This document shows positions 51,359 through 60,978 of a stretch of 64,000 bases of DNA, piece after piece. Below the pieces are notes generated by a model. It saw only the letters and a program-made list of their open reading frames with translations, searched no databases and was not told the origin of the DNA. Numbering within the stretch: position 1 is the stretch's first letter; each line of letters starts with the position of its first letter. The position numbers and the translations under genes were made by a program. Where the stretch lies: positions 13,265 through 77,264 of IMG/VR virus record IMGVR_UViG_3300013125_000006. The stretch is one strand, 5' to 3'. This stretch comes from a virus.

Positions 51359-54300
51359 TCAATTTAAATCAAGCTTATATTCAAGAATATTTTCAATAGA
51401 AACAAGATCAAAATTAACTCCTGCCTTAGTATTGCCAAAATTCTTGTGTATCCATTCAGAAGAACCAAAAAATGAAGCAACTGACTTATATCTAAATTTA
51501 TGAGCATAAGTAGTAGCAGATTGATGTAAATCTCCTTTAATAAAATGGATATTATCACTTAATTTATGATAATCAATATATTGATTTATCTGATTTTCTG
51601 TTTTATCATTTATAGTTAAAGGCATATTTTTAAACATATCTTTTGCATCTTTCAGTTTTGTTATCATAAAGGCTTTTTATCCTCTATTTCTGGGAGTTTC
51701 CTCCTTAGTGCCATTCGCACAACATTCTGATTTATTTATCAGACAGCTCAGCATATATTTTCACCTTTTAAGGTGGGGAACACTCGTGGGTACATTATAT
51801 TTATTCAGTACCTATGCGTTACACTACTAATTAACCTTTCGTAATTTAATTAGTTAGCACGGTATTAGCAGTTAAGCCTTCACCGTTTTTGCTCCCTCCA
51901 CTTATTAAGTTTCCTTAACAAGGGGCAATTTGAAATAACAATATCTTTCAAATTTTCTATTTAAGTAAATTGTTACATTACTATACAAGTAATTCAAAAA
52001 TATCATAGATTTTTTAGAAGAAGTTGATATACATCGTGTTTCTTCATTTTGATTACTATGATTATGACTTATTTTTAAGTCATGAAGTTCTAATGGTAAG
52101 TATGATTTTAATTTTTTAATAAAATTGAATGTACTGAGTACTTGTATTGATGGTATTACATGCTCTTTATCAGCATAACTAATACAACCATCTCCATCGA
52201 AATAACCCCTAATAAAATGTCTAATTAAATCTTTAGATTTAAAAATACTTTCATCTGGAAATTCCAATGTAAGCGATTTTCTAGGAGTACATCCATAAGT
52301 ATTAAGAGTATTTCATAAATGTTTACTAGACAAATAAAATCTACATCTATATGAATCAGTTTTAATTTCTTTATCTGATTTAAAGAACTCTTTTAACTTT
52401 ACTAAATGTTCATAATCAGATAATTTTAAAGATACTTCTAATTGGTAATTATTTTTCTTTCCATCAATTAATGGAGCTGAATCAATATATCCATCTGCAT
52501 ATATAAATCCTAACCAATAAGCTTTTTCTTCTGTATCAATTTCATCAAATACTGAATCATCAAACGTTACTTTTTTTCTAACTTCTATAGAAATGTTGTG
52601 AAATTCTTTTAAGTACTTACTTAAAGTACCAATAGATAAATTATGTTTAATTTCTAATTCTTTTAAAGTCAATTTATTATTTATAAAATACTCATCAGCG
52701 GCATTTTTTAAATTAATAATTACCTCAGTCTTTCTATTAGATTTGGCATATAAATATCCATAATTTTTTAAAATCTCAACTATCTCTTCTTTTTCTTTTT
52801 TAAATCTTTTAGACAATTGTATAATTGTCAGCTTTTCTTGTAAAAATGTTTCTATTATTTCCATATTTTTATAGTATAATACTACAAAGATACAAAAAAT
52901 TTTTTAATTTACCAAATAAATAATGTTAATTATTGTTAAATTACCATGACTTAGAATAAAAGTATGTCCTTCACAATAAAAATGTTCAATAAATTTATCA
53001 AATATTCTTACCTCTATATTAGGATTCAAATATGATAAAGAAGCTTCTAATGCTTTATTGGCTACATATCCAAAATCTCCATCCTTTTTGTTCAGTATAG
53101 TTCGCTAATCTATACCCGTATTTACTACAGCTTATATTTGTTATTAATATAAGAACAGACTATATCATCATCTTCAGCATTACCTGTTAAGAGTAGGGCA
53201 TTTCCACTTGCTTAAGTGTACTCGCATTTCAGCGATAGTCGTTGAACCTTCAAAGATATTTCTATCTAAGCTTGGCTGCTGATTACCATTTCAGGCGTCC
53301 CAGCAATTAACCCTAATTCACTTACTGATTTCTCAGTAAGAGCACAATTAATATCTTCAAATTTTGTCTTTTTTCTATTTCCAAAAATAATAGCATCTTT
53401 GTACATATAATCATAGAGTTTCTTAATTTGTACTCTACCAGAATATTCCATTGTACAAATATGTCTTTTTTCTTTGGCTTTAGAAAAATTTAATTTGGTT
53501 TTCTTAAAATTTAATTTTTCCAAAAAATTTTCTTGGTTGCCAAATAATTTAACAAAATTTAACATATTTTTCATGATTTCCACCTTCAACAGCAATATAC
53601 TTAATATTACTATAATATCCAGACTCACTCAATTCTTTAAATAATTCAAGCATTACTCCTATAAAAGTTTTATACTGATCTTTATTATTTAGGTTTTGTG
53701 GAAGACTATGTCCTCCTCTAGTAGTTTTTCCATCATAACCATCCAAAGAATCTCCAACATTACAAATAATTATCTTTGTTGCTTTAGACAATAATGTTAA
53801 TTCAAATATTTTTTGTACAGTTCTTTGCATTCTAGAGTATACTTCATTAGAATCATAATTATTATCATAGATCGAGTAAGGCGATACATCGGCTCCGATA
53901 TGCATATCACTTAAATATACTATAAGAGAATATTCAGAAGTATGCTTAGGTTTTTTAATATCAAAAGAAAAATCAAATTTTATATCTTGCAAAAACTCTC
54001 TAAAATTTATTATTGACTCTCTTAAATCAATATTATCTTTTAAAGTTTCTTTATACTTTTGTTCATTAATACTTTCCTTTTGAAGCATATATCTTTTAAG
54101 GAAATTATTTTCCTTCATCTGAATAGTAAGCTGTACAAGTTCATCTTCTGTATGCTCCTCTACTACATGAGGTGCAAAAGGAACAGAGCCACTGTGAGTA
54201 AGATTAAAGGCTTTTAATACCTTTTTAAATTGCTGAAAAGTATATAAAGGAAAGTAAGTAGCAACAACCTTTTGAGAAAGTCCTGCTCCTTCATTTGAGT

Positions 54301-54481
54301 AAAGTCTAAACATTAAGTCAACTTCTTCTCTAGAGAAGCTTCCAACTAAAGGAGGTTTTTTTCTATTTAATATAGTAAAATTATATTTAGAAATTCTACC
54401 ATTCTCACGAATTGTTTCTACCTTTGACCTTTCCTCCATAGAATCATCTATGGTTCCATCATATATTTTGTTTTGGTCCAT
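51359..54481 (-). CDS. Calcineurin-like metallophosphoesterase/nuclease. Exons 54481-53573, 53083-52943 and 51652-51359
   Basis: SDMHIG and VGDSLDG. Splicing restores GGNH|DG and SHG|KD. GDLHQ lies in exon 3. Confidence 0.85.
51905..52864 (-). CDS. Intron-encoded LAGLIDADG homing endonuclease; TGA=Trp at 52313
   Basis: AYWLGFIYADG and FIRGYFDGDG lie in two same-frame ORFs joined by SKHL*NTLNTYGCTPRKSLTLEFP. Confidence 0.88.
52885..52916 (-). promoter_or_regulatory. Bacteroidetes primary-sigma promoter (TTTG-N20-TATCTTTG) upstream of the intron endonuclease
   Basis: -33 TTTG (52913-52916) and -7 TAnnTTTG (52885-52892) with 20-nt spacing, 20 nt upstream of the ATG. Confidence 0.65.
53084..53572 (-). 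mobile_element. Group I intron 1 in the phosphoesterase gene, with a decayed LAGLIDADG C-terminal remnant
   Basis: Elements aattgctggg, aatcagcagccaag, ttcaacgactatc and gatatagtc. Removal restores GNHD. Remnant IKKLYDYMYKDAIIFGNRKKTKF. Confidence 0.82.
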
Positions 54482-54520
54482 TCAATATTTTTTATAGCTG
54501 TTACGCTGTTAGCAATTGTT

Positions 54521-54565
54521 AAAAAAAAATAAAGGGCTAAAAAGATTTTTAACTTAATAGCCCTT
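54521..54565 (-). terminator. Probable intrinsic terminator
   Basis: Stem aagggcta/tagccctt followed by T9 on the - strand. Confidence 0.6.
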
Positions 54566-54642
54566 AGATAGTTTAGCGTCGCCATCGACGATTAAGAGAT
54601 TCTGTAAAGCAGGCGCCTTAATTTTCGCCACTATATTTTATT

Positions 54643-55332
54643 TTACTCCTGTACGAAGAAAATAAATTTACCAACTTTAGCTGATTTTGAAGGAGTATAT
54701 TGTCCATAAGCAGCATATTTCTGTCCAGAAGTAACTTCTTTAACGATTTCAATAATGTAATCTCTGTTGTTTTCTTCAATAAGCTCTTTCATTAATTTGA
54801 GAGCGGCTTCTTTTTTCTGTGCTTGTCCTCTAACAGCGCCAGTAGAAACTACTTTTACCTGAGGAATTTCAACCTCTTTTGTTTTAAGTTCAACTTCGCC
54901 AGTTTCTTTATTTGTAACTTCAACTGTAATAGTTTCAGTTTTATAAGGAGTTCTTACTTCAACTTCTTTTTCTTCACCAGTTTCTTTATCAGTCACTTTT
55001 TTCATTTCAGTGTGATATTTAACTGCTAATTCGGCTTCTTTAATTTGATAAGTAGTCGAAGTTTTACGTTTTCCGATAGTAGCTTCATTAATAACACTAT
55101 ACGGACGAGTACGTGTATCATCAGATGCTCCTTCAACAACTATGTAAGCTCCAACAGCTTTTTTATCTTTAATATAAGCAGCCATAAAAGTTGCCAAAGA
55201 CTTTGCTCCAAGTGGAGAACCAGCTTTCTTCCATGATTGAGTTGCGTTTTTTAATCTGTCTAAGGTTACGTCTAAACCTGTTGATTCTAATGCTTTTTCT
55301 TTACTGTAGCCTTGTGCTTCTACTGTTTTCAT
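54643..55332 (-). CDS. Conserved hypothetical protein, probably highly expressed
   Basis: 229 aa with distinct codon usage (cgt, gct, aac), its own TAnnTTTG element and a downstream terminator. Confidence 0.7.
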   Translation of the reverse strand: MKTVEAQGYSKEKALESTGLDVTLDRLKNATQSWKKAGSPLGAKSLATFMAAYIKDKKAVGAYIVVEGASDDTRTRPYSVINEATIGKRKTSTTYQIKEAELAVKYHTEMKKVTDKETGEEKEVEVRTPYKTETITVEVTNKETGEVELKTKEVEIPQVKVVSTGAVRGQAQKKEAALKLMKELIEENNRDYIIEIVKEVTSGQKYAAYGQYTPSKSAKVGKFIFFVQE

Positions 55333-55399
55333 AATTCATTTTCATTTTTAAATTTAAAATTTTCTAATTATCTACTAATGGATTATCTGAATTGTTTTG

Positions 55400-55407
55400 C
55401 AAAGATA
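55400..55407 (-). promoter_or_regulatory. Bacteroidetes-type -7 promoter element (TATCTTTG)
   Basis: Intergenic, upstream of the ATG at 55332. Confidence 0.55.
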
Positions 55408-55441
55408 GTATATTTGCACGAAAAAAATTGCATAAAGAATG

Positions 55442-56386
55442 TTAATTTATGTTAAAACCAACTTTTTTATTAGTTCTAACAAAATAATTTTTTTTGCCTT
55501 TTGGAGTTTTTATTTTAGAAATGGATTCCTCTATAGAATATCCAAATATATAAGCGCAAATATATATTTCCTTTAAATCAGCTATTGAACATCCTGATGA
55601 ATTAGAAACTAAATACTCTAAATCTGACTCAGGAACTAGCTTGTTAATAAAATACTCTTTTCTTACATCTTCACTTGGAAGAGGTATTTCTAATCTAATA
55701 TCGAACCTACTGGGTCTCAATAATGTATCAGGAATCTCTTCAATATTATTAGAAGTAGCTATAACTATGTGGTGATTAATTTTTGATTTTCCATCTAGGA
55801 AGTCCAATAAATCAGCCTCTAAGTCTAAATATTTATCAATATCTTCTAATACAGTAACTAATAAAGTATCTGGTTGTATTTTTCTAAAAGCCCCAGTAAT
55901 AAACTCTATGTATTCCTCAAGATTACGAATGCCATTAACTGTAAATACTACTCCACCCTTATTAATTACCAACTCTGAAATCTGAGTTATTATTGAGGTC
56001 TTTCCAGTTCCAGGATATCCCTCCAAGAAAATTCCCCTTTTGTGAACAAGGTTTTTTTCTTTATATAAATTAGATTTATCCCAAAAAGATTCAATCTCCA
56101 TTACTATATCATTTACGATAGATCCTCTGAATTTAAATAATTCATCAGAAGTAATAGAAGTTTTCTGACAGAAATATCCATCAGTCTTATTAAAACCAAC
56201 TGAATATATCGCTGGTTCTAACTTGTTTAAAATAGATAAATTAGTGGAGGGTTTAAAAAATTCTCCATCTTTTACCCAAAGAGATATATCTGATTCAGAG
56301 TATTCTTCTATAGCTCGAATTTCTGGTTCAAAAGCATTAGCAATGTATACTTCGGTATTATTTCCTACTTCTAAAATGGTATCCAT
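55442..56386 (-). CDS. AAA+ ATPase
   Basis: GYPGTGKT, VLEDID, ATSN and RPSRFD. Confidence 0.88.
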   Translation of the reverse strand: MDTILEVGNNTEVYIANAFEPEIRAIEEYSESDISLWVKDGEFFKPSTNLSILNKLEPAIYSVGFNKTDGYFCQKTSITSDELFKFRGSIVNDIVMEIESFWDKSNLYKEKNLVHKRGIFLEGYPGTGKTSIITQISELVINKGGVVFTVNGIRNLEEYIEFITGAFRKIQPDTLLVTVLEDIDKYLDLEADLLDFLDGKSKINHHIVIATSNNIEEIPDTLLRPSRFDIRLEIPLPSEDVRKEYFINKLVPESDLEYLVSNSSGCSIADLKEIYICAYIFGYSIEESISKIKTPKGKKNYFVRTNKKVGFNIN

Positions 56387-56757
56387 GTATTTAAGAGTTC
56401 TTTTATTTTGTTTATAATTTCTTGGGAAGTCTTTAATCCACAGCTATCTATAATCTCTATTCCATAAGATAAATCTTTGCTTAAAATTGCAACAGATTCC
56501 AAAAACTTATAGAAGCTTGAATCATCCTTCTTTTGATTTGTTATTTTTAGAAGAATATCTAAGTGAGTAATTTTATTATCCTTCAATTTCATTTTCTGGT
56601 ATACTAAAGCCAATAAAGATAAAAGTATCAATCTATCATTTAAGTTTTTAGTTCCTAAATATCCGGTAGAAAAGCAAGAAGAGTATATTTCTTCTCTTTC
56701 TTCAAATGGAAGACTAAGTATAATATTTTTTAAATTGAATAATTCTGCTTTTTCCAT
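56371..56757 (-). CDS. Hypothetical protein
   Basis: 128-aa ORF overlapping its neighbours. Confidence 0.6.
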   Translation of the reverse strand: MEKAELFNLKNIILSLPFEEREEIYSSCFSTGYLGTKNLNDRLILLSLLALVYQKMKLKDNKITHLDILLKITNQKKDDSSFYKFLESVAILSKDLSYGIEIIDSCGLKTSQEIINKIKELLNTWIPF

Positions 56758-57761
56758 ATTAAGAAAGAGGTTAATAATTTATTAAATTCACCTAATCCTG
56801 CTTTTATATATTTACCATTTACTGGATATATTTTAGAAGAAAATTCAGGCATAGTCTCAACTACAAGCATATTTACTTTAGGTTTATACTGTATGTCTTT
56901 TAATGCTAAGGCAGCTTGTAAAAGCCATATATATATTCCAACTTGTCTATAATAATGATATTTTTGAAATGAGCCATTATACCAAATAGATTCTTCATCC
57001 TTTTTTACATAATTTCCCATAAAATACTTAACAGGTTTACTAGAAGATTTTAAATCGTTTAATGTCACAGTTTTATTAAAATGATCAATTAAAAAATTAT
57101 CAAATTTAGCTTTAAAGTCTACTAAAAATATTTCTCCTTCTATAGTAACCTCTAAAGTACATAATATTGCATATTCATTAAAAGACTCTATTATACCAAA
57201 TGTATCTTCTGAAGGATTAACTAATTCAAAAATCTCAGAAGAAACTAGACTAGACATACATTTTAAATATTTCTCTTTGTTTGTATCAGATAGAAATAAA
57301 GTTTTTTTGCTTTCATGTTCCTCAAATTTTAATAATTTAAGATAGAAAGAAATTCCTTCTTTAATTGCTTTTTTAATCCTTTTTTCAGAAAAACTACTTG
57401 CATAATAATTAGCAGATAAAGAAGCTTTTTTAATAGAATCTAATATAGAAAATCCCAATCTTCTGAATTTAAGAACATCAAATAAAAATAATCCAAATTT
57501 ACCAGACGGTTTATTAAAATCTGATATTAAATATGAATCAGGTTGTAATATCATTGAATGAATAGCTGTACCTAATTCAAATGAATCAGAATATTCAGTA
57601 TTGAAGGAGGAGTTAAAATTACTGAAATCTCCTCCTTCGTCTGAATTTATTAAAGATAATCTAGAATTAGACATATAATCAGTATAGTTATTAAAATACT
57701 CTTCATCAGTTAATTTTAACAATACAATTGACTCTGGAATTATTCTAATTTTTGACTGCAT
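56730..57761 (-). CDS. PD-(D/E)xK exonuclease (RecE/ExoVIII-like)
   Basis: SNSRL, LGTAIH, KAKFD...NDLKSS and YYRQVGIY. Confidence 0.8.
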   Translation of the reverse strand: MQSKIRIIPESIVLLKLTDEEYFNNYTDYMSNSRLSLINSDEGGDFSNFNSSFNTEYSDSFELGTAIHSMILQPDSYLISDFNKPSGKFGLFLFDVLKFRRLGFSILDSIKKASLSANYYASSFSEKRIKKAIKEGISFYLKLLKFEEHESKKTLFLSDTNKEKYLKCMSSLVSSEIFELVNPSEDTFGIIESFNEYAILCTLEVTIEGEIFLVDFKAKFDNFLIDHFNKTVTLNDLKSSSKPVKYFMGNYVKKDEESIWYNGSFQKYHYYRQVGIYIWLLQAALALKDIQYKPKVNMLVVETMPEFSSKIYPVNGKYIKAGLGEFNKLLTSFLIWKKQNYSI

Positions 57762-58242
57762 TATATTTTTTAATTATTGTTTCAAACTTCAAATCTCTAA
57801 TTCTATATTTTGTTTTTAAATGCTTATTTTGAGGAGTATCCATTAATAAACAAAAAATTCCATTATCCCAACATTCTATAAAAGTCTCTATTTTATCATC
57901 TATAAATATATCACATTTTAAAGACTTTAAAATATTTATTTTACTTTCTCCCCATTTAACATGCCTTACTTTACTTCTTCCAGGAAAATTTCTTAATTTC
58001 AGAGTATCTTTTGTCCATTTTAAAGGGATTCCTCTGGCAGATACATATCCAGAAGGAGTAAAATCAGGCATATGCTTTACTTTCAAAGATAGCCAAAAAC
58101 TTTTGTTTTTACGTAACTCCTCTAAATGATCTTTTATATCTTCATATGGAATCCAACTAGTAGGCATGGGTAATTTATATTTTTCAATATAAGCCTCATG
58201 CCATTTCAATACTACATCATCAACATCTAAATAAATGTTCAT
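57745..58242 (-). CDS. HAD-family 5'(3')-deoxyribonucleotidase-like protein
   Basis: YLDVDDV, SAR and FIDDK. Confidence 0.78.
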   Translation of the reverse strand: MNIYLDVDDVVLKWHEAYIEKYKLPMPTSWIPYEDIKDHLEELRKNKSFWLSLKVKHMPDFTPSGYVSARGIPLKWTKDTLKLRNFPGRSKVRHVKWGESKINILKSLKCDIFIDDKIETFIECWDNGIFCLLMDTPQNKHLKTKYRIRDLKFETIIKKYNAVKN

Positions 58243-58254
58243 CTTAATTGTTTT

Positions 58255-58707
58255 TTATGTATAATATAATTTTAATAATTCATAGAAAAATTTCTTTGGT
58301 ATGATTGCATATTCTCCTAATGAAGTAATATTTACATTGCCTTCTTTCTTTTCCTGCACATTCCAAACAATGCATAAAGGTTTATCACTTTTTCCTACTT
58401 CTGCATTAATCTTTTTAACACTTGGAGTAGTTTGAGTTTTCTTTGTTTGAAAATAACAAGGAAGTACATTATCTGGATCTGCTATATCAATTTTCATATC
58501 ATCTAATTTCTTAGATTCACTTCTAGCAGTACATAAATTTTCATTACCTGTTAATTCTTTTAATTCATTAACTATTTGCCTTTCATATGCTGAACCTTTT
58601 GTCTTAGAATATGCACCAGATTTTTTCTTTTTTGGTTGAGGTTTTTCCTCAAGTCAGTTAGTACTTTCTAACTCTTCTAAAGAATTTGCTTTCTCTTTTC
58701 TAGCCAT
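58255..58707 (-). CDS. Holliday junction resolvase-like PD-(D/E)xK nuclease (~150 aa); TGA at codon 18 (58654)
   Basis: The ATG at 58707 overlaps the primase end. MARKEK...ESTN*LEEKP...SKTKGSAYERQIVNEL...DDMKIDI...FQTK shows an Hjc-like KGxxxER helix and a D...QxK active site. Confidence 0.72.
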
Positions 58708-59681
58708 TCGTTTACTAAATTTAATGTTTTTAAAATGCCATATTTTTTTACATAATCTGTAAAATCTTTTACTTTTGGCATAAGTAAAATTTTAATATCT
58801 GGAAATTGTGCTTTTATTTTTTTAGCAGCTTTTATACCAGCTAAATCCCTATCATAGAGTAAATAGATATCTAAAAATTTCTCCTTCAACTTTAAATACT
58901 GAGATTCAGTTAAAAAAATATTTTCAGAATTGGGAGCAATTGAAGTTATACCAAATTCATATAAAGACATTACATCTTTTAATGATTTAGTTACTACAAT
59001 ATAATCCCCACTCTTGGGTAATTGCTTAGCTCCTTGTATTAAAGTAGAGCTCCAATTACTTAGAAATCTATATTTAATTTTAGTGGGCATATATAATCTC
59101 CATAATTCTTCACTATGACTATTCTCTCCTCCATAATAGCCATATATAGGACTACTATTAGAAGAACTGCCAAAATAAACTCCATTGAGAAATACAGATT
59201 TTATAGAATATACTTTAAATTTTTTTAGGGTAGATAAACTTATACCAAAAGATTGCCACCAAGTTAATTCCTTACTAGAAAATTCTTTTGTTTCAACTGA
59301 TATTATAGCACTAGAAGTTTCTTCTAAAACACTACCAGTATAGGGAATTAATGGAGGATTTTTTTCAATTTTTTCAAAATTTACATATCCAAAATCATTA
59401 GCAATAATTCTTAAAGCTTTATAATAACTTACATTATAAATATACATTACAGCTCCTATAAAATCAAAAGTTGGGCCTGCAAAATCTTTATATTTTAAAA
59501 GCCCAGCTTTGTTTTTATAGAAAGCACAAGTAGGTTTTTTATCAACTCTTATGATAGGGGGACTGCAAAACAATCCTTTTTTAACAGGTATTCCTAAATA
59601 ATGCTCAAAATAAGTTTCTTGAGTATTTTTAGAAAGTAAAAATTCTTTTGTTATTTTGGGAGCCTGCTCTAAACTAAACAC
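58677..59681 (-). CDS. DNA primase (TOPRIM)
   Basis: RVDKKPTC, YKDFA, VTKSLKDVM and LYDRDLAGIKAA; located in the replication cluster with DnaB. Confidence 0.8.
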   Translation of the reverse strand: MFSLEQAPKITKEFLLSKNTQETYFEHYLGIPVKKGLFCSPPIIRVDKKPTCAFYKNKAGLLKYKDFAGPTFDFIGAVMYIYNVSYYKALRIIANDFGYVNFEKIEKNPPLIPYTGSVLEETSSAIISVETKEFSSKELTWWQSFGISLSTLKKFKVYSIKSVFLNGVYFGSSSNSSPIYGYYGGENSHSEELWRLYMPTKIKYRFLSNWSSTLIQGAKQLPKSGDYIVVTKSLKDVMSLYEFGITSIAPNSENIFLTESQYLKLKEKFLDIYLLYDRDLAGIKAAKKIKAQFPDIKILLMPKVKDFTDYVKKYGILKTLNLVNEWLEKRKQIL

Positions 59682-59695
59682 CCATTATATAATTT

Positions 59696-60394
59696 TTATA
59701 GTCCAGATACGTCAAAGTTTAAATCTAGATTTGGACCATCCTCAACAGAAGGAGTAAATGTCTCTACTCTTGCGGGAGCAGCATTTGATTCATTATTTAT
59801 GTTTTGTAATTCATAGGTAGAAAATGCTACTTTATCTCCTATAAAATTATTTTTTACATAAGGTAGTCCCTCTCTAGTTAAACCAGCAAAGAATCCAGGA
59901 AATGTGGCTTCACCAGTTTTCTTATTTTTTAATAACTTGATTTTTGTGGTAGTTCCTTTTCCAGAATCAAGTATTTTTGTAACTAATTTTCTTAGTTCAT
60001 CCCAATTACTAGCACCCAAATTTCTTTCTTTTGAATCTATCTGCTTTCCAACAGTAGGAGCAATTGAGTCTATAGCATGTTTAAATAATAACATCATGCT
60101 TTCTACATTTGAAGGCTGTGGTATTTTCTCAATTTTTCCATCTTTATTTTTTATTTCTGACTCTCTTCTATTAAAATCTTCAGGACGAGGTTCCCAAACA
60201 GTATGTTCATAAACTCCATCTTCATTAGAAAATTTTAAAATTAGTTGCTTGTAAAGTGCAGTAGGATCTTTTACTCCTGCTATGTCTTTTAATTCACAGC
60301 CATCGAACTTTACAGTATAAATATTATTTCCATCTAATTTAGGTTTTGTAGTACTTTGTGATGCGTTAGCTGTTGCGCTAAATGAAAAATCCAT
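59696..60394 (-). CDS. Putative single-stranded DNA-binding protein
   Basis: Beta-rich N-terminus, acidic/hydrophobic tail (EDGPNLDLNFDVSGL), and position between the AAA_24 ATPase and primase. Function is inferred. Confidence 0.5.
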   Translation of the reverse strand: MDFSFSATANASQSTTKPKLDGNNIYTVKFDGCELKDIAGVKDPTALYKQLILKFSNEDGVYEHTVWEPRPEDFNRRESEIKNKDGKIEKIPQPSNVESMMLLFKHAIDSIAPTVGKQIDSKERNLGASNWDELRKLVTKILDSGKGTTTKIKLLKNKKTGEATFPGFFAGLTREGLPYVKNNFIGDKVAFSTYELQNINNESNAAPARVETFTPSVEDGPNLDLNFDVSGL

Positions 60395-60399
60395 AAATA

Positions 60400-60978
60400 T
60401 TAATTATTTAAGGTAAATGTTAACTCGTCTATCTCTGCTATTTCTTCATTATCTATTAATAAAATAGGTTCAACTTTATCTGCTTTTTCAATTGCCTCAG
60501 CAATAGTTTTAGTAGATGTGGTTCCACTAGTTGGAACAAGTTTCCATATATCTTCTTTGTATTCTTCTATTGTAAACTCTGTGCCTAATTCAGATAAAAC
60601 TAAATTTTGCTTACCTTTATATCCTATAGAAAAAGCTTTAGTAACTTTATTACCACTTCCTTCTTCGCTAAAAGAAACATCTTTTCCAATTATAGGAATA
60701 AAAGTTTTGCTATTTTTACTTATAGGTTCCCATTTAATTACAATCCTATCCTCATATTCAATATTCATTACAGCTACAGCCTTATTATTAAATAGAAGTT
60801 TATTAGGTTCTAATGTAATTATGGGAGTGCTAGCAAGTTCTTCAACAACCTCAGATTTTTTTCTAGTAGTTCTTTTAGCTTTTTCAACACCATCTACTGA
60901 ACATTGAACATTAGATACAGATTCATTTTCTGGGTCAAAATCGAATGTAACAATAACTTTCTTAATTATTTTATCCAT
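60400..60978 (-). CDS. Hypothetical protein
   Basis: Probable start MDKII at 60978, overlapping the upstream stop. Confidence 0.6.
   Translation of the reverse strand: MDKIIKKVIVTFDFDPENESVSNVQCSVDGVEKAKRTTRKKSEVVEELASTPIITLEPNKLLFNNKAVAVMNIEYEDRIVIKWEPISKNSKTFIPIIGKDVSFSEEGSGNKVTKAFSIGYKGKQNLVLSELGTEFTIEEYKEDIWKLVPTSGTTSTKTIAEAIEKADKVEPILLIDNEEIAEIDELTFTLNN

Larger units (their letters stand above)
51653..52942 (-). mobile_element. Group I intron 2 in the phosphoesterase gene
   Basis: Exon ends in catggU. The 3' end gataaaaagcctttatgataacaaaactG is near-identical to that of the RNA ligase intron. Confidence 0.85.

Noticed and set aside
53266-53628. 120-aa ORF as a functional gene
   Set aside because: It is a chimera of an alternate exon frame, a LAGLIDADG C-terminal remnant and intron core sequence, with no LAGLIDADG motif left.
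26175-57761. Cas4 call for the PD-(D/E)xK nucleases
   Set aside because: No Fe-S Cys cluster and no cas genes or array; these are generic RecB/RecE-like nucleases.
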